Source: a virus. Taken from it: a stretch of DNA of 64,000 nt. Positions 38,401-45,077 of the stretch are shown here, in pieces. Location: positions 24,920 to 88,919 of the IMG/VR virus record IMGVR_UViG_3300025057_000004; one strand, written 5' to 3'. Positions within the stretch are counted from its first letter, which is position 1; each line of letters opens with the position of its first letter. The position numbers and the translations under genes are program-made. A model generated the notes under the pieces. The model was not told the DNA's origin and did not search any database. It was given only the letters and a program-made list of their open reading frames with translations.

Positions 38401-39321
38401 GATATTTATCCAGTTTGCTTTCCAAGTATTAGCTGCTGCTTCCCCTGCTTTTAAACGTGCTTCTTGATCGCTTACTCCTTCAGCAATAAGTTCTTGATAT
38501 ACAGAATTGAAAGTCTCATTTGCTTCCATTGTATTTTCCATATATCTTGATATGGTAGCAGAAGCACCCGTTCTAAGTAAACTTTCAGCCTTCTCACCAT
38601 ACACAAGCTTATTAAGACCTTTTGTTATTTTAGAAGCATCTTGAGCTACGTTAGCAATTCTTGTAGTATTAAGAAGCCCTCTAGCTGTTTTACCAGCAAA
38701 AGCTAGTGCTCTCATTATACCTGCAGTAGGAATGAACATAGAGGCAGTTGTTGCAATACTTTCTATGTTGTTTGCCCACCATGTAGCAGAATCCCACGCA
38801 AAATCCTGTTGACCTCTTTCAGAACGATATATAGGAGTTACCTCACGTACTTCTTCCTGTGCTTTTTCCATAAGATCAGCAAACCAGTTGCTATAATCTT
38901 TTTCACCTTCCTGCAACGCCATACCGATATTCTCAGCATCAGCAAAATAAGATAATGCCTCTGCACCACCTAAGACCACTGTAGAAGCTCCTCTGGCAAT
39001 TGTATTTGCAAATAGACCGAATGCAGATTGATCACGTTCTAACTGCGCTTCAATATTACTATCAGCATAAATAGGAAGGTCAATATTTTTCAGATCTAGA
39101 TCAAAACCTTGAGTACTAATAGGACCTCCCATAATCTCTGGCATACCTTGCAATGCCTCACGTGGAGTCATTTCTGAGGTCGGAGGTTTAGGTTTTGCTG
39201 CTCTTGTTATATTAAGTGGAGCACTATTTCTGCTTTCTTCTACGGGAAGATTATTCTCATCAAGCTGTGCCTGAGTATCAGTACGTCCCCTCATCGGACG
39301 AGTGATCTTAATGTTTCTCAT
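26494..39321 (-). CDS. Giant virion-packaged RNA polymerase (crAss-like, 4275 aa) with zincin protease-like domain
   Basis: FYRIPT followed by AGLDFDIDKLY (catalytic DxDxD, 29236-29250), as in the phi14:2 gp66-type vRNAP; LYHEAFH zincin motif at 33376-33390. Confidence 0.85.
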   Translation of the reverse strand: MRNIKITRPMRGRTDTQAQLDENNLPVEESRNSAPLNITRAAKPKPPTSEMTPREALQGMPEIMGGPISTQGFDLDLKNIDLPIYADSNIEAQLERDQSAFGLFANTIARGASTVVLGGAEALSYFADAENIGMALQEGEKDYSNWFADLMEKAQEEVREVTPIYRSERGQQDFAWDSATWWANNIESIATTASMFIPTAGIMRALAFAGKTARGLLNTTRIANVAQDASKITKGLNKLVYGEKAESLLRTGASATISRYMENTMEANETFNSVYQELIAEGVSDQEARLKAGEAAANTWKANWINIATDLVQYGSLTKGLNYAAPAAKGLRKQLAKGGYDYIKNAAGEGLEEFGQYVISQESARAAKNDRSFFELEGLDRRMSDYVKDPEAQASALLGAVGGTFFKAAGSTGQLYNRLAGVYEAQDADLAKRTFLDKLDVTNSYLVDGSILMNQAVQYGNAGKFSSLRSFYQDLADKTDQELEAEGLTPEQIEDKRKKDAEILSDLDFLEREYSRLTEDASKDNVVKIEELGSLYEKHKLAQANDVIAAEKTKIEEEISNQIDTNQLSIKNKEYKLNSYKKYRDKYKEQVGKKEGSEGVVSYLDNKIEQLEKEIAEEKQQLEERTGDAVIPTTSRDVDLANMNDQEAYVDLRQQESQRVIQNANTVEGKAEIQKEHEQRQLDMTKRSIRPSMTMNAVKSLVNEKDTPGYSDLMKKLEGVATLAEMSSEIPQEGSETFEQDFKQRYRSTPLLYREIQKMKALAKGNTKAISALDKVETAEEFYNLYSNNADVRKVYKDLTSELQKKQEQKEDDEINYKEDNYTEMQDAESNEPPADASEDANPAKEGRTMSKLLAQQNALYVYNAQEGTVQFIGAENNRRMSIEDARKLGYDDFIPGQRVLFTKEGIPVKHAQSTVKINGVDVEVFTDEEIAALNDPSVDMLGKQLIFSVPADVDFNKDSARNADDLLIMVSLVTEVNGVEKELKVGMIKNSRGLLGSDPIKQLRQSIFNEFKNSGQTGGVFKSSIDTVRSGGRVNEKFNSTFSKKSIPPHILNENYLVVITDTTADGTVKLIDDNARSQLPKGTDIDYNDNSKLVDKKGNVFILIQTPNGDFKPVRMKPKKLSQLPKEQAVVNSLIDALYDKIEDPALSVSQKFQAIKEFNKKSLDYIPYTLYYDGNKGKIKEYRQGKDGVRVFKTGYINRAEAKDIASKKVMRFNVDKMNTGSYNADLSKKGWYEVNIDPEMPFINSMITMHIDSVPDIKATKVQAQPTQQTSDTDTKRQEKLENKVKEIEEKRQALRGEDGTVPKENVAEFKQLGKDLDVAKKNAKRGNLPKGYGISIRTRIKEGQSWGDEIATGLDAKRHEIRIENKIQNVLSGKITAQQAIEQISREYAFLVNEMDSIAAYINDRTSDAPEIGNNKQSFAAWRRGEFDTTTAPTTDIDAKKADIERRKVLAELLKDNEYKLSFPSRHDSNKTIAYYIDITGKKLTDSIEISIDEWREFSRGLSRRNKNSKEGNSIIFNLRQKIADRLIKQYDAELAALKSQSTTEGTVDIPVNNMTIVYNPQTGEMTFKTSGNPVTEETVVNKALVRYETQQGTIRTATYNNTEYKILSDNRIISMSKSNTGKEKWIKDSKQRTSILEQAGEVPAPVQPTQQTSARSTATQQLREAESGEQGIAEAERATIKAAMDAMLPPPDAFESREEYDQAEAEVKASKEYKDLERLLTKTTTTELQVPEKASIYETDGLFDVEYEGEGIIGDYLPTYEAAVKRAQEFDAQQKAAEEGEVISKKEYDAFVNDGTVDQARINTIADKIIKGEGLSIREQKILEGRAKEVEERIQEVAKQTEQNDVSAEEPTVNVSMNTAIDFTGQTSSLDTLGQEPTEEEDKKKDDDDNEPFSESDVVKRLREITDPDGSYELWDQEKEVAWFKKNYPNVPLEVLDDLREVVGKGGPELWGMFRNASVFIATNAKTGTLYHEAFHVVFNLMLTDAERKQILEEGATKAKGAVAIEEYWADEYMEYQLSEGASAHTLPAKVADFFKRLWHMIRIAAERVGFASPASMNDYMYRVSRGLYNKGLIRKIGNVKFRNSVTRFRPKEIENNGLLNAREADVAKRLMNGILISDVLPRYKTLLNMPHADDTEIIKAIIKKGIRDNDPRYSVQALYTNVYQFLKTASEDKRRSENDRKTLGRLLNSFATEEGNTLKMKRLYIKAARSLQYYGIRMAYDTGSVDTTNDNIEESDLLEETEDVIENWMVKEKFISAKEKFSQKSKALFSMVPVKNAKFGGFPVFETPAHVFNKLSSRLSDSKNLEDMKRKLDDLINYNPGYKVIKNALTSEDSTIATEFWKNIGQRKFTPFLVLQNDGKRTRTFIGNEKDARKDLKATWQQNFFDSPFYDVSNNIIAPTARFDEKYEVLSRIVDDIEKKKKTERLDKEGNISRSQAGEIYNVLKFLNIPVTRNEVIDMFSTPDNGENVKGGKERFLQFASGLTYYMNRIKKGENPYDGNKEASDNFNDMMEVYMIAYPETYQSSFRTGEGELAYSFLQSRFMQNFMRELQNPNKKERDAYIEERMQDPFYKNSPFLSKILEIPDLAGNMRMAVFDTLRTNDGSAIPYTKLTRQQLEALKINAFFNLQFGGKTDTAYGYFMMPIFSDSTSSAFLRFKKYTTEEAKAALVDSARQERERIEWLEGRIKPVQKEYNKWLADQNDRNKPYKEKAKLPEQLKDIEYNMLKNGLKYQIFRGLNDMDLSTESQFEDAVMNMIQENLNSELRSLIEEGIFDKDGNDATDMLDERILDEKVRRDNLTQYVYNTMVMNIQTLVTFGGDTAFYKAGKDGLTDFTDVYKRIKEIWSPGDYINTDAVYTHVKEGETSEKVKVRNDYKVIYVKDPGEVENIVSESIKELERVHKNNPKKDQIIDAFSKLNNTDAATIIDPIRAREIHLGSKGLNASLYEMYDSLMTGKTIRHIGEEATSIVYKPFQFMFEKSTDTNNTTRFNPVQHKNAEFLITPSMAVGNPKLEKMMEKFGYVFKKDGSWTYDSSKRITDAVMYTTAVKVGEKGTIDNIEDAVETDAHTFKNANYRIQMETPEHHIDTDIMEGTQYRKLIIENVDPNAEYTLPDGTKVKGDKLVKDFNEAVYLNVKESYEELKKLFYDEETGLPDNNKILTALREQAIEQELPDDFLTALDFLENNEGYTVDENGNLKKASQVTVLPLWHPDIVYQVESMMNSFFKNRVTKQRTDKSAGASLYNASSWGFENENPKGLRKPKIKWSEDGGIEYMEAIMPVTSEALLDYADENGFIDIKKIEEIEPDLLKGVFYRIPTEHKYSMFHIKVIGFLPQGVAGQIILPDEATTLAGLDFDIDKLYGLLYNIEVYGQPLPEKEIAYQNYINSSNFSKKLGRNIIRKNIPNFDDARARREFAAKEGLRWNADENVFTKKSLRKVESSMDTKKGRDNLKLDIAFSILSNKRTAVEQTTPGGFETLKDLVDMILKAQGADKGQINPMLNSTVREIHNRMMTGLDLIGIFANHTVNHSLMTLGNVAFTKPIKFNGKELAGLSQMMVGDVNIADLKEFLAAAVDNGKDPVASFLNVTTITADLVASMVRVGHPIESVMMFTANPTLKDFTNRLSKAGNTYSSTINDTINEIESELKVALRKVAGSTQADKILDKGLSSLYLTYDRKTKKGNLLDSIKKSNMSTEDLIKEKDLNEIKLRLNVISSFRNLMNNQASDLKTVMSAMRYDSSKNAAGPTVAHTKNKLDRYDSALEVKGIAGFRQLISDIESNPERYVAAFREYGLKEAVKIIGEVTNIPYASTDEFNIFNFTEKTIKQYIAPEGRSINPDDTNKIYRAIETLIATSYETFKPVELKRVIENLPSEISNFISANEDSPYVPFLRHFMAIPSKQQKALAIMKFTRNGVDKIQQTDIKNDWYSMINDSDPNVSKIANDLVKYAFATSGYVVTPFKFTDMIPVMYTSDLREPGKKRFVESIEDIYSKDMFDYENSGPVVLQMIDQILRNMYRSFSFVKYINPDEVKPYKVNGTYRQKVWYEDVTKKEKGETFQLQYIKTVINDKQGMRSALMKAIESEGDYIIYEQVQPLGLHNEMMEFDYDSAVLNKPLVSQMASLEYIPTKEETEAKDLNISDVGIAQTMIEMMNIIPDFNINEIRPVENVKEVKTHPFIQKIEALPNDKKVQLKNLVGSTSRTGYMILEAILNNFTEVGTVQNEAIEKLFEKYQDQINAKHPDTTADVLKEWVNKWDSEGKSGLNLLDQYLKKCYG

Positions 39322-42300
39322 TTATAAAGATTTGCTTTTACAGAATCAGGATTTGCATTTGATTCATTTAAGATGACAGCAATAGCATACATCCAATCTG
39401 GAATGTTGGAATCGTTAATATTGGTTTCAATTGTACCATTACCTTTTGCTGCTCTGTAAGATGACATTTGGCTGAATTGGCTATACACTACATCTACAAG
39501 TCTATTATCGTTAACAGATGCATTTTCAATTTCAGTGAATTTATCTTCAATATTAGCTTTCAATGTATTTACATCTCTATTACCATCTTCATCTAAAGAC
39601 TCTTCGAATATGTTCTGTAGTTTCTGAACATCGGATACAAATTTAGCATCTTTTCTTTTAACTACATCCCAATTGTTCCAACCACCGTTCTTTTCTCCTA
39701 TTTTAGTATTGGCAACTGTTCTTGCTGCAAATTCTATATTCTGTTCATGACTCATATTAGCAGGAGCAATAGGTGATTGATTTGCAGAAATGAATCCTAT
39801 CTCACTCTGTACTCCAGAGTTCTGATATATATTTCTATCATTCAGACCGAATAAACCTACGTTAAAACTTTCTATTTCATCAGGATTATTTATCTGACCT
39901 GTAGCTTTAAGATTGTCTATTACAGGTTGATACTCTTGATAATTCATAGGAATCTGAGATTCTGTTTCTGAAGTTTGTAAAGAACTATAAGCATCATAGA
40001 TGTCAGATATCATAGGAATTATTTTTTGTTTTGCCTGTTGCAATGTCAGATTTTGAAAATCTGTAGCATTAGGTAGATTCTCTATAGATTGAATAGTTGC
40101 ATTTTCTGATGCACCATCAATACCAGGAGTCCAAAGAACTGTACTACCATTTATATTATAACTATTGTCTGAGTTCTTGCTTATAAAAAGATTGAAATTA
40201 TCGTCAGCTACTTCACTCATTTTTGTAACAACGCTTTCAGGTAAAAATGATTCATTACCAAAAGCGTCAAGGTTGAATATTTTATCGTTAATCATATCAG
40301 AGAATCCCACATAAGCACGTTCTTTAGGATTAAGATAAAACTCTGAATTTTGTAAAAACTGATCTGTTACATCAATATCAAAATCTTCTTGTGTAGCCTG
40401 TTTTTCTCCGTCTTTAGTAACTGTATATTTACCTTTTACATATACAGAATAAGGTCTTGAATTACCATCACTACTTTGAACATCGTTATAATCAAACATA
40501 AGATATTCGGGTTCAAATTTTATATTCTTTTCAAGATCTTCTGGAAGATCAGCAAAACTATTATATATATCATTTTTACTTACAATATTTGCTCCGTCTT
40601 TAAATATTCTGACAGGTTGTTCGATATCATCAGCACGTTTAACTGCAGTTTCTGCAATTAACATGTGTTTTGGGTTTTTAGTTTTATCTGTTCTTGAAGG
40701 GTCTACTGTAATATCCAGTTCGATCATATCATTTACATATTCTCTTTCTCCATATGCAGTTTTAACATTAGCATCAAGAGCATCTATAAATTCAGTATTG
40801 ATACTGTATTTTTTAAATGCTTTTTGTTGTGCGTCATTTTGAATACCAACTACAAAATCTCTATAATTTTGTTTTTTAGAATTAGATACTGATGTTCCTC
40901 CTACAGGTGTATTTACCCATTGTTGTTCTGTTACAGTCCCTTCAATAGAACCCATTTCAGTTATAATATCATTGATATTTTCTGTAATAAAGTTTTCATC
41001 AAAGCCGTTTCTATATGCTTGAACAATTTTACTATTAGGACCTAACGCTTGAATAATTGCTTTTTCTCTATTTGCAATTTGTTCTTCAATAGGTTGAAAA
41101 CTTGTCATTGAAACAGAAGGCATTTGTTTTCCATTTATAATAATATCTTCTGGAAAAAATCCATACTTCATAATTGTATTAGGATCAGCAATAGTAGCTT
41201 GGTCTGTTAATGCTGCAATATTAAAAATATCACCAAGCATAGGAGATATTGTTTCTGCAGACTTTCTATTTACATCTCTTGTAACAGCTTCTTGTTGTGC
41301 AGGTGTTATTTGAGGTATACCGTTTACAACATCTTCTTGTTTAAACTTCCCACGTAATTGATTCTTTGTTTGTACAGCTTGAGATCTGAGATTCATAGCT
41401 ACATTGAATCTTGCATCAGCTTCTCTTTTTGCTCTTTGCATTTTTGCTTCATCACTGAACTCATTTGAAACAACTTCTTTTCCATTTACAAGTTTTGTTA
41501 TTTTTTGATTTAAAGAAGGTCTGTTAAGTTCTTGTTCAAGCATTTGATCATAAAAAGCTTTTCTGTCTTCTTTTGTAAATTCTGCATCAAACAAACCAGT
41601 TTCAGAAAGATATTGTATTCCTTTATTACGATCAGTAAATTGAAAATCTTGTATAACATAATTAAGCAGTCCGTCATCTCCTCCTAAACCGTTTTTTGAA
41701 ATTTTTTCATTTACTACTTTTTCATATGCTTCAGATTGAGTTTTAGTATAAGCAAGACCTTCGCTGCTATTATATAAAGAAGGTCCTTGCGCTACGTTTG
41801 AAGGTTTTGTTACTGTACCGCCAGTTTGTGCAGTACCTCCTTCATTTGAAAATCCTTGCCAATAAGTATATAATTTAGCATCTTGCGCAAAATCGTTTAT
41901 AAGATTGGCAACACCGTAATTAGGATTCTTAGCTTTTTGAAACTCAATATACTTTACAAGTTCAGGTTCAGTTGATTCAAATTGATCAAGATTTATACCG
42001 TCACTGCTTAACGATTGAATACTTGGTAATCCTTTACCCATAATGTTATCTAATGTAAGTGCTTTACCTTCATAAGTATAGTAACTTCCTTTACCATCAG
42101 GTTTAACTTGTAACTCGCGTCTCTTAAGAACATCAGGTTCTATAGATTTATGTATCCATTCAAATGCTGTATGTCTACCTGGATTACTTATAAAGTTATA
42201 GGTCTCAGGAGTAACTGTCATACCTGCAGCTATCTGTTCTGGTGTAAGACCTAATGTAAATTCTCCTGTATTAGGATTAAGTTTTTCATAGATCTTAGTA

Positions 42301-42698
42301 GTACCAAAATCAGGATCTGCCATATTCTTAAGAACAAGATCTTTAAGTGCAGCATCGCTTTCTACAAACTTTACACGTGGATCATTTGCCCAAGTAGAAC
42401 TAAGACCTGAAAGATCACGCATTGCTTGACGCACGTTACGTGATTCGTAAAATCTATTTGATATATCCTGAAGCTGTTGCTTTCTTTCTTTATTGATTGC
42501 AGCAGCAGTTTCCTTACTTTCTTTTGAAAGACCAGGCATTATAACTGAATCAGCTTCTGCTTTTCCTATAGCAGCATCAATAGCATCAAAACGTTTCTGT
42601 TGATGTTGAGCTAACGGTAACAGTTTTTCAATAGGGTACGGATCGTATGCCTGTACAAACTGAGGTGCTGTATATTTTGTAAATCTATTTATTGCCAT
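39318..42698 (-). CDS. Large virion cargo protein (1126 aa) with a C-terminal lysozyme-like region
   Basis: MAINRFT...YDPYP N-terminus typical of the gene preceding crAss-like vRNAPs; GLFGLN, GGWNNW and ILNESNANP motifs near the C-terminus. Confidence 0.65.
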   Translation of the reverse strand: MAINRFTKYTAPQFVQAYDPYPIEKLLPLAQHQQKRFDAIDAAIGKAEADSVIMPGLSKESKETAAAINKERKQQLQDISNRFYESRNVRQAMRDLSGLSSTWANDPRVKFVESDAALKDLVLKNMADPDFGTTKIYEKLNPNTGEFTLGLTPEQIAAGMTVTPETYNFISNPGRHTAFEWIHKSIEPDVLKRRELQVKPDGKGSYYTYEGKALTLDNIMGKGLPSIQSLSSDGINLDQFESTEPELVKYIEFQKAKNPNYGVANLINDFAQDAKLYTYWQGFSNEGGTAQTGGTVTKPSNVAQGPSLYNSSEGLAYTKTQSEAYEKVVNEKISKNGLGGDDGLLNYVIQDFQFTDRNKGIQYLSETGLFDAEFTKEDRKAFYDQMLEQELNRPSLNQKITKLVNGKEVVSNEFSDEAKMQRAKREADARFNVAMNLRSQAVQTKNQLRGKFKQEDVVNGIPQITPAQQEAVTRDVNRKSAETISPMLGDIFNIAALTDQATIADPNTIMKYGFFPEDIIINGKQMPSVSMTSFQPIEEQIANREKAIIQALGPNSKIVQAYRNGFDENFITENINDIITEMGSIEGTVTEQQWVNTPVGGTSVSNSKKQNYRDFVVGIQNDAQQKAFKKYSINTEFIDALDANVKTAYGEREYVNDMIELDITVDPSRTDKTKNPKHMLIAETAVKRADDIEQPVRIFKDGANIVSKNDIYNSFADLPEDLEKNIKFEPEYLMFDYNDVQSSDGNSRPYSVYVKGKYTVTKDGEKQATQEDFDIDVTDQFLQNSEFYLNPKERAYVGFSDMINDKIFNLDAFGNESFLPESVVTKMSEVADDNFNLFISKNSDNSYNINGSTVLWTPGIDGASENATIQSIENLPNATDFQNLTLQQAKQKIIPMISDIYDAYSSLQTSETESQIPMNYQEYQPVIDNLKATGQINNPDEIESFNVGLFGLNDRNIYQNSGVQSEIGFISANQSPIAPANMSHEQNIEFAARTVANTKIGEKNGGWNNWDVVKRKDAKFVSDVQKLQNIFEESLDEDGNRDVNTLKANIEDKFTEIENASVNDNRLVDVVYSQFSQMSSYRAAKGNGTIETNINDSNIPDWMYAIAVILNESNANPDSVKANLYK

Positions 42699-42701
42699 AA
42701 C

Positions 42702-45074
42702 TTAAGCGTTACTATATTTATCTTTAAGGTAGTTACCAAATTCATCACCAAAGACATTTGAAAACATCTCTTTCACAATAGCATCATTACGTCTCATATT
42801 AGCTTCTCTAAGACTACCTTGACCCATCTCACTCATTGCAGCAAGTGCTTGATACTTCATTGTCTGTGCAGCACCTTTGTTAGCAGCAGTATCTGCCATC
42901 TCCTGCATAGTTATCTGATTATTTAACTGTTGTGCCTGATTAAGTAATCCTACTCTTTCGTTAGCTACATTCTCTTCTACACGTGCAGTCTCTTTAGCTT
43001 GCTGAGTGGCAAGTGCAGATAATGTACCTAAGTCAAGTTTGCCTTGTTGTAAAGCTGATTGTTGTGCTGTAGCAAACGCATCTCGTACATCACGTTTAGG
43101 TAATGTAGCTGTAGGAAGTATAGGAGCAAATCTTGGATATCTTTCTTCATCATAAGAAGATGCTTCTCTCATTGCTCTCATTAAAGGACCCATACGTGCA
43201 GCATAACCACCTATGTCTGAAAGAAGACCCATATAGTCCTGACCTTTGAGTTTAGATAGGAAATTACGATCTACAGTTTTAGGTCTTACATCAGGATTAT
43301 CATAATTACCTTTAGGCTGTGCCATCCTTGTTGCTGGTGGTTGATAAGGACTTACTTCTTTTTCAATAAATTCATCAAGTGCTCTGTCTCTAATAGTAGC
43401 ATCTTCTTCAAGCATATTAGGTTTTCTCATAGGAAAATCAGCTCCTCTTTCAGCAGACACAACAACTTCAGGTAATAAATTTGAAAGTTCTTGACCTTCT
43501 TGCATACGTCTAGCAAGAAATTGAGGTGCTTGAGGACCTTCTTCAAACTCTCCAGAAACAAGAGCAGGAGGAACACCTGCTGCGGCTGCAGCAGCATCAG
43601 CTTCTAATAGACCTTGATAGATGTTTTGAAGATCTTGAGCTGACATACCTTCGTAACCTGATGCTCTACTTGCAGCTTGTGCTTCTGTAGAACGATCAGT
43701 GCTAGGAGGTGAAGGTATATTATCTGCACCTTGAAAGTAATCAGCAAGTTCTGGGTTAAATTCTAAGTACTGCTCAGATATTGATCTGTCAGGATCATAA
43801 CTTTGATTCGGTAAAGGAACTACTATACTAGGGTCTGAAGCAGCAAGTTCTTCATAAGCTTTAATATCATTGTAAGCTTGTAATTGAGTTTTGACATCAT
43901 CTGATGTAGGTAATCCTAAAGCTTGTGCTGTATTATCAAGAGTACTGTCAATATTAAAAGAAGATAAAGCATTTCTTACAGAAGTTTGAGGTAATGCATT
44001 TTTATAATAATCAATAGCTTCTTTTCCCCCTTCTTGAATAATCATAGAAGCAACAAGATCATCTATTTTTTCCGATGAAACTTTATCATCAGGATCAACA
44101 CCTATTGATTTTGCTATATTATTGATATAAACATCTGTTTTATTTTCTGTAGGAGGAGCGTATTTGTTTAAAAACTCTTTAAGTGTCATCCCTCTTTTTA
44201 TAAGATCAAGACGTAATTGCTTTTTCATTGCTTCAATACCTTCTTCTATTGTATTGAATTTTGCAAATCCTGCATCTCCTTTTGTAGCTCCTTCTAAAAC
44301 ATACCCTGGTTTTGTAAGATTTTCTGAATACCTTAAATTACCAGGGTTGTTGTTTCTAACAGATAATACAGGAGTATTATCAACACCACCAGTAGCGTAA
44401 TATCTTTTCATGTTATTTGCGTTTCTTGCTCCACCTTGAGCAAAATAATTCATTTGTTGTCCTGCAAGAGCAAGATCATTCATTATATCATTTAAATTAA
44501 GATCTATATATTCTTTCGTAGGATCTTTTTCAATTACATTTACAGGAGGTAATACATAACTTCGAAATGTCTCAGAAGCATAAGGTTTTGTATTCTGTGC
44601 TTCTATTTGAGTTAAAAGATCAGGAACATACTCCAACCTTTTTTCTGCTTGTTTAAACCTGTTCTTGGGTCTTTCCCAATCTGTAGTAAAATACCTTGAA
44701 GCGTCTTCTAATGTATCAAACTTTTTATCAAGATATTTTTTTGTTTCAGGCTCTGATAGAGCGAAGTCAATTTGACCTTTCCAGTTTGTTTGCCAATCTG
44801 GAACTGCTTCTACAAATTTCTTACGTCTTGTAGGTTCTGTATATTGAAATAAACCTATACCTTGCCTTCCTTTAGAATGATCAGGGTCATACTTTGCATC
44901 GTTTTGAATCCTATTATAGATGAACTCTGATTCCTCTACAATATTAGGAAGCATACCCATAGCATGCTCATGAGATAACCCTTTATCTATAGTAAGATAT
45001 TTGTATATCTCATCAGGAGTAACCGTAGCATTTGCTAACTTTTTTTCAAGAGATGTCTTTCTAGTAGGAGGCAT
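42702..45074 (-). CDS. Virion cargo protein with two peptidoglycan-hydrolase-like domains
   Basis: Domain 1 is phage-tail-lysozyme-like (GMLPNIVEES, GIGLFQYT..RR, QIDF, WERP). Domain 2 is lysozyme-fold-like (RNNNPGNL, GFAKF, KYAPPTEN, IIQEGG). The C-terminus is Gln/Ala-rich and helical. Confidence 0.75.
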   Translation of the reverse strand: MPPTRKTSLEKKLANATVTPDEIYKYLTIDKGLSHEHAMGMLPNIVEESEFIYNRIQNDAKYDPDHSKGRQGIGLFQYTEPTRRKKFVEAVPDWQTNWKGQIDFALSEPETKKYLDKKFDTLEDASRYFTTDWERPKNRFKQAEKRLEYVPDLLTQIEAQNTKPYASETFRSYVLPPVNVIEKDPTKEYIDLNLNDIMNDLALAGQQMNYFAQGGARNANNMKRYYATGGVDNTPVLSVRNNNPGNLRYSENLTKPGYVLEGATKGDAGFAKFNTIEEGIEAMKKQLRLDLIKRGMTLKEFLNKYAPPTENKTDVYINNIAKSIGVDPDDKVSSEKIDDLVASMIIQEGGKEAIDYYKNALPQTSVRNALSSFNIDSTLDNTAQALGLPTSDDVKTQLQAYNDIKAYEELAASDPSIVVPLPNQSYDPDRSISEQYLEFNPELADYFQGADNIPSPPSTDRSTEAQAASRASGYEGMSAQDLQNIYQGLLEADAAAAAAGVPPALVSGEFEEGPQAPQFLARRMQEGQELSNLLPEVVVSAERGADFPMRKPNMLEEDATIRDRALDEFIEKEVSPYQPPATRMAQPKGNYDNPDVRPKTVDRNFLSKLKGQDYMGLLSDIGGYAARMGPLMRAMREASSYDEERYPRFAPILPTATLPKRDVRDAFATAQQSALQQGKLDLGTLSALATQQAKETARVEENVANERVGLLNQAQQLNNQITMQEMADTAANKGAAQTMKYQALAAMSEMGQGSLREANMRRNDAIVKEMFSNVFGDEFGNYLKDKYSNA

Positions 45075-45077
45075 TAT

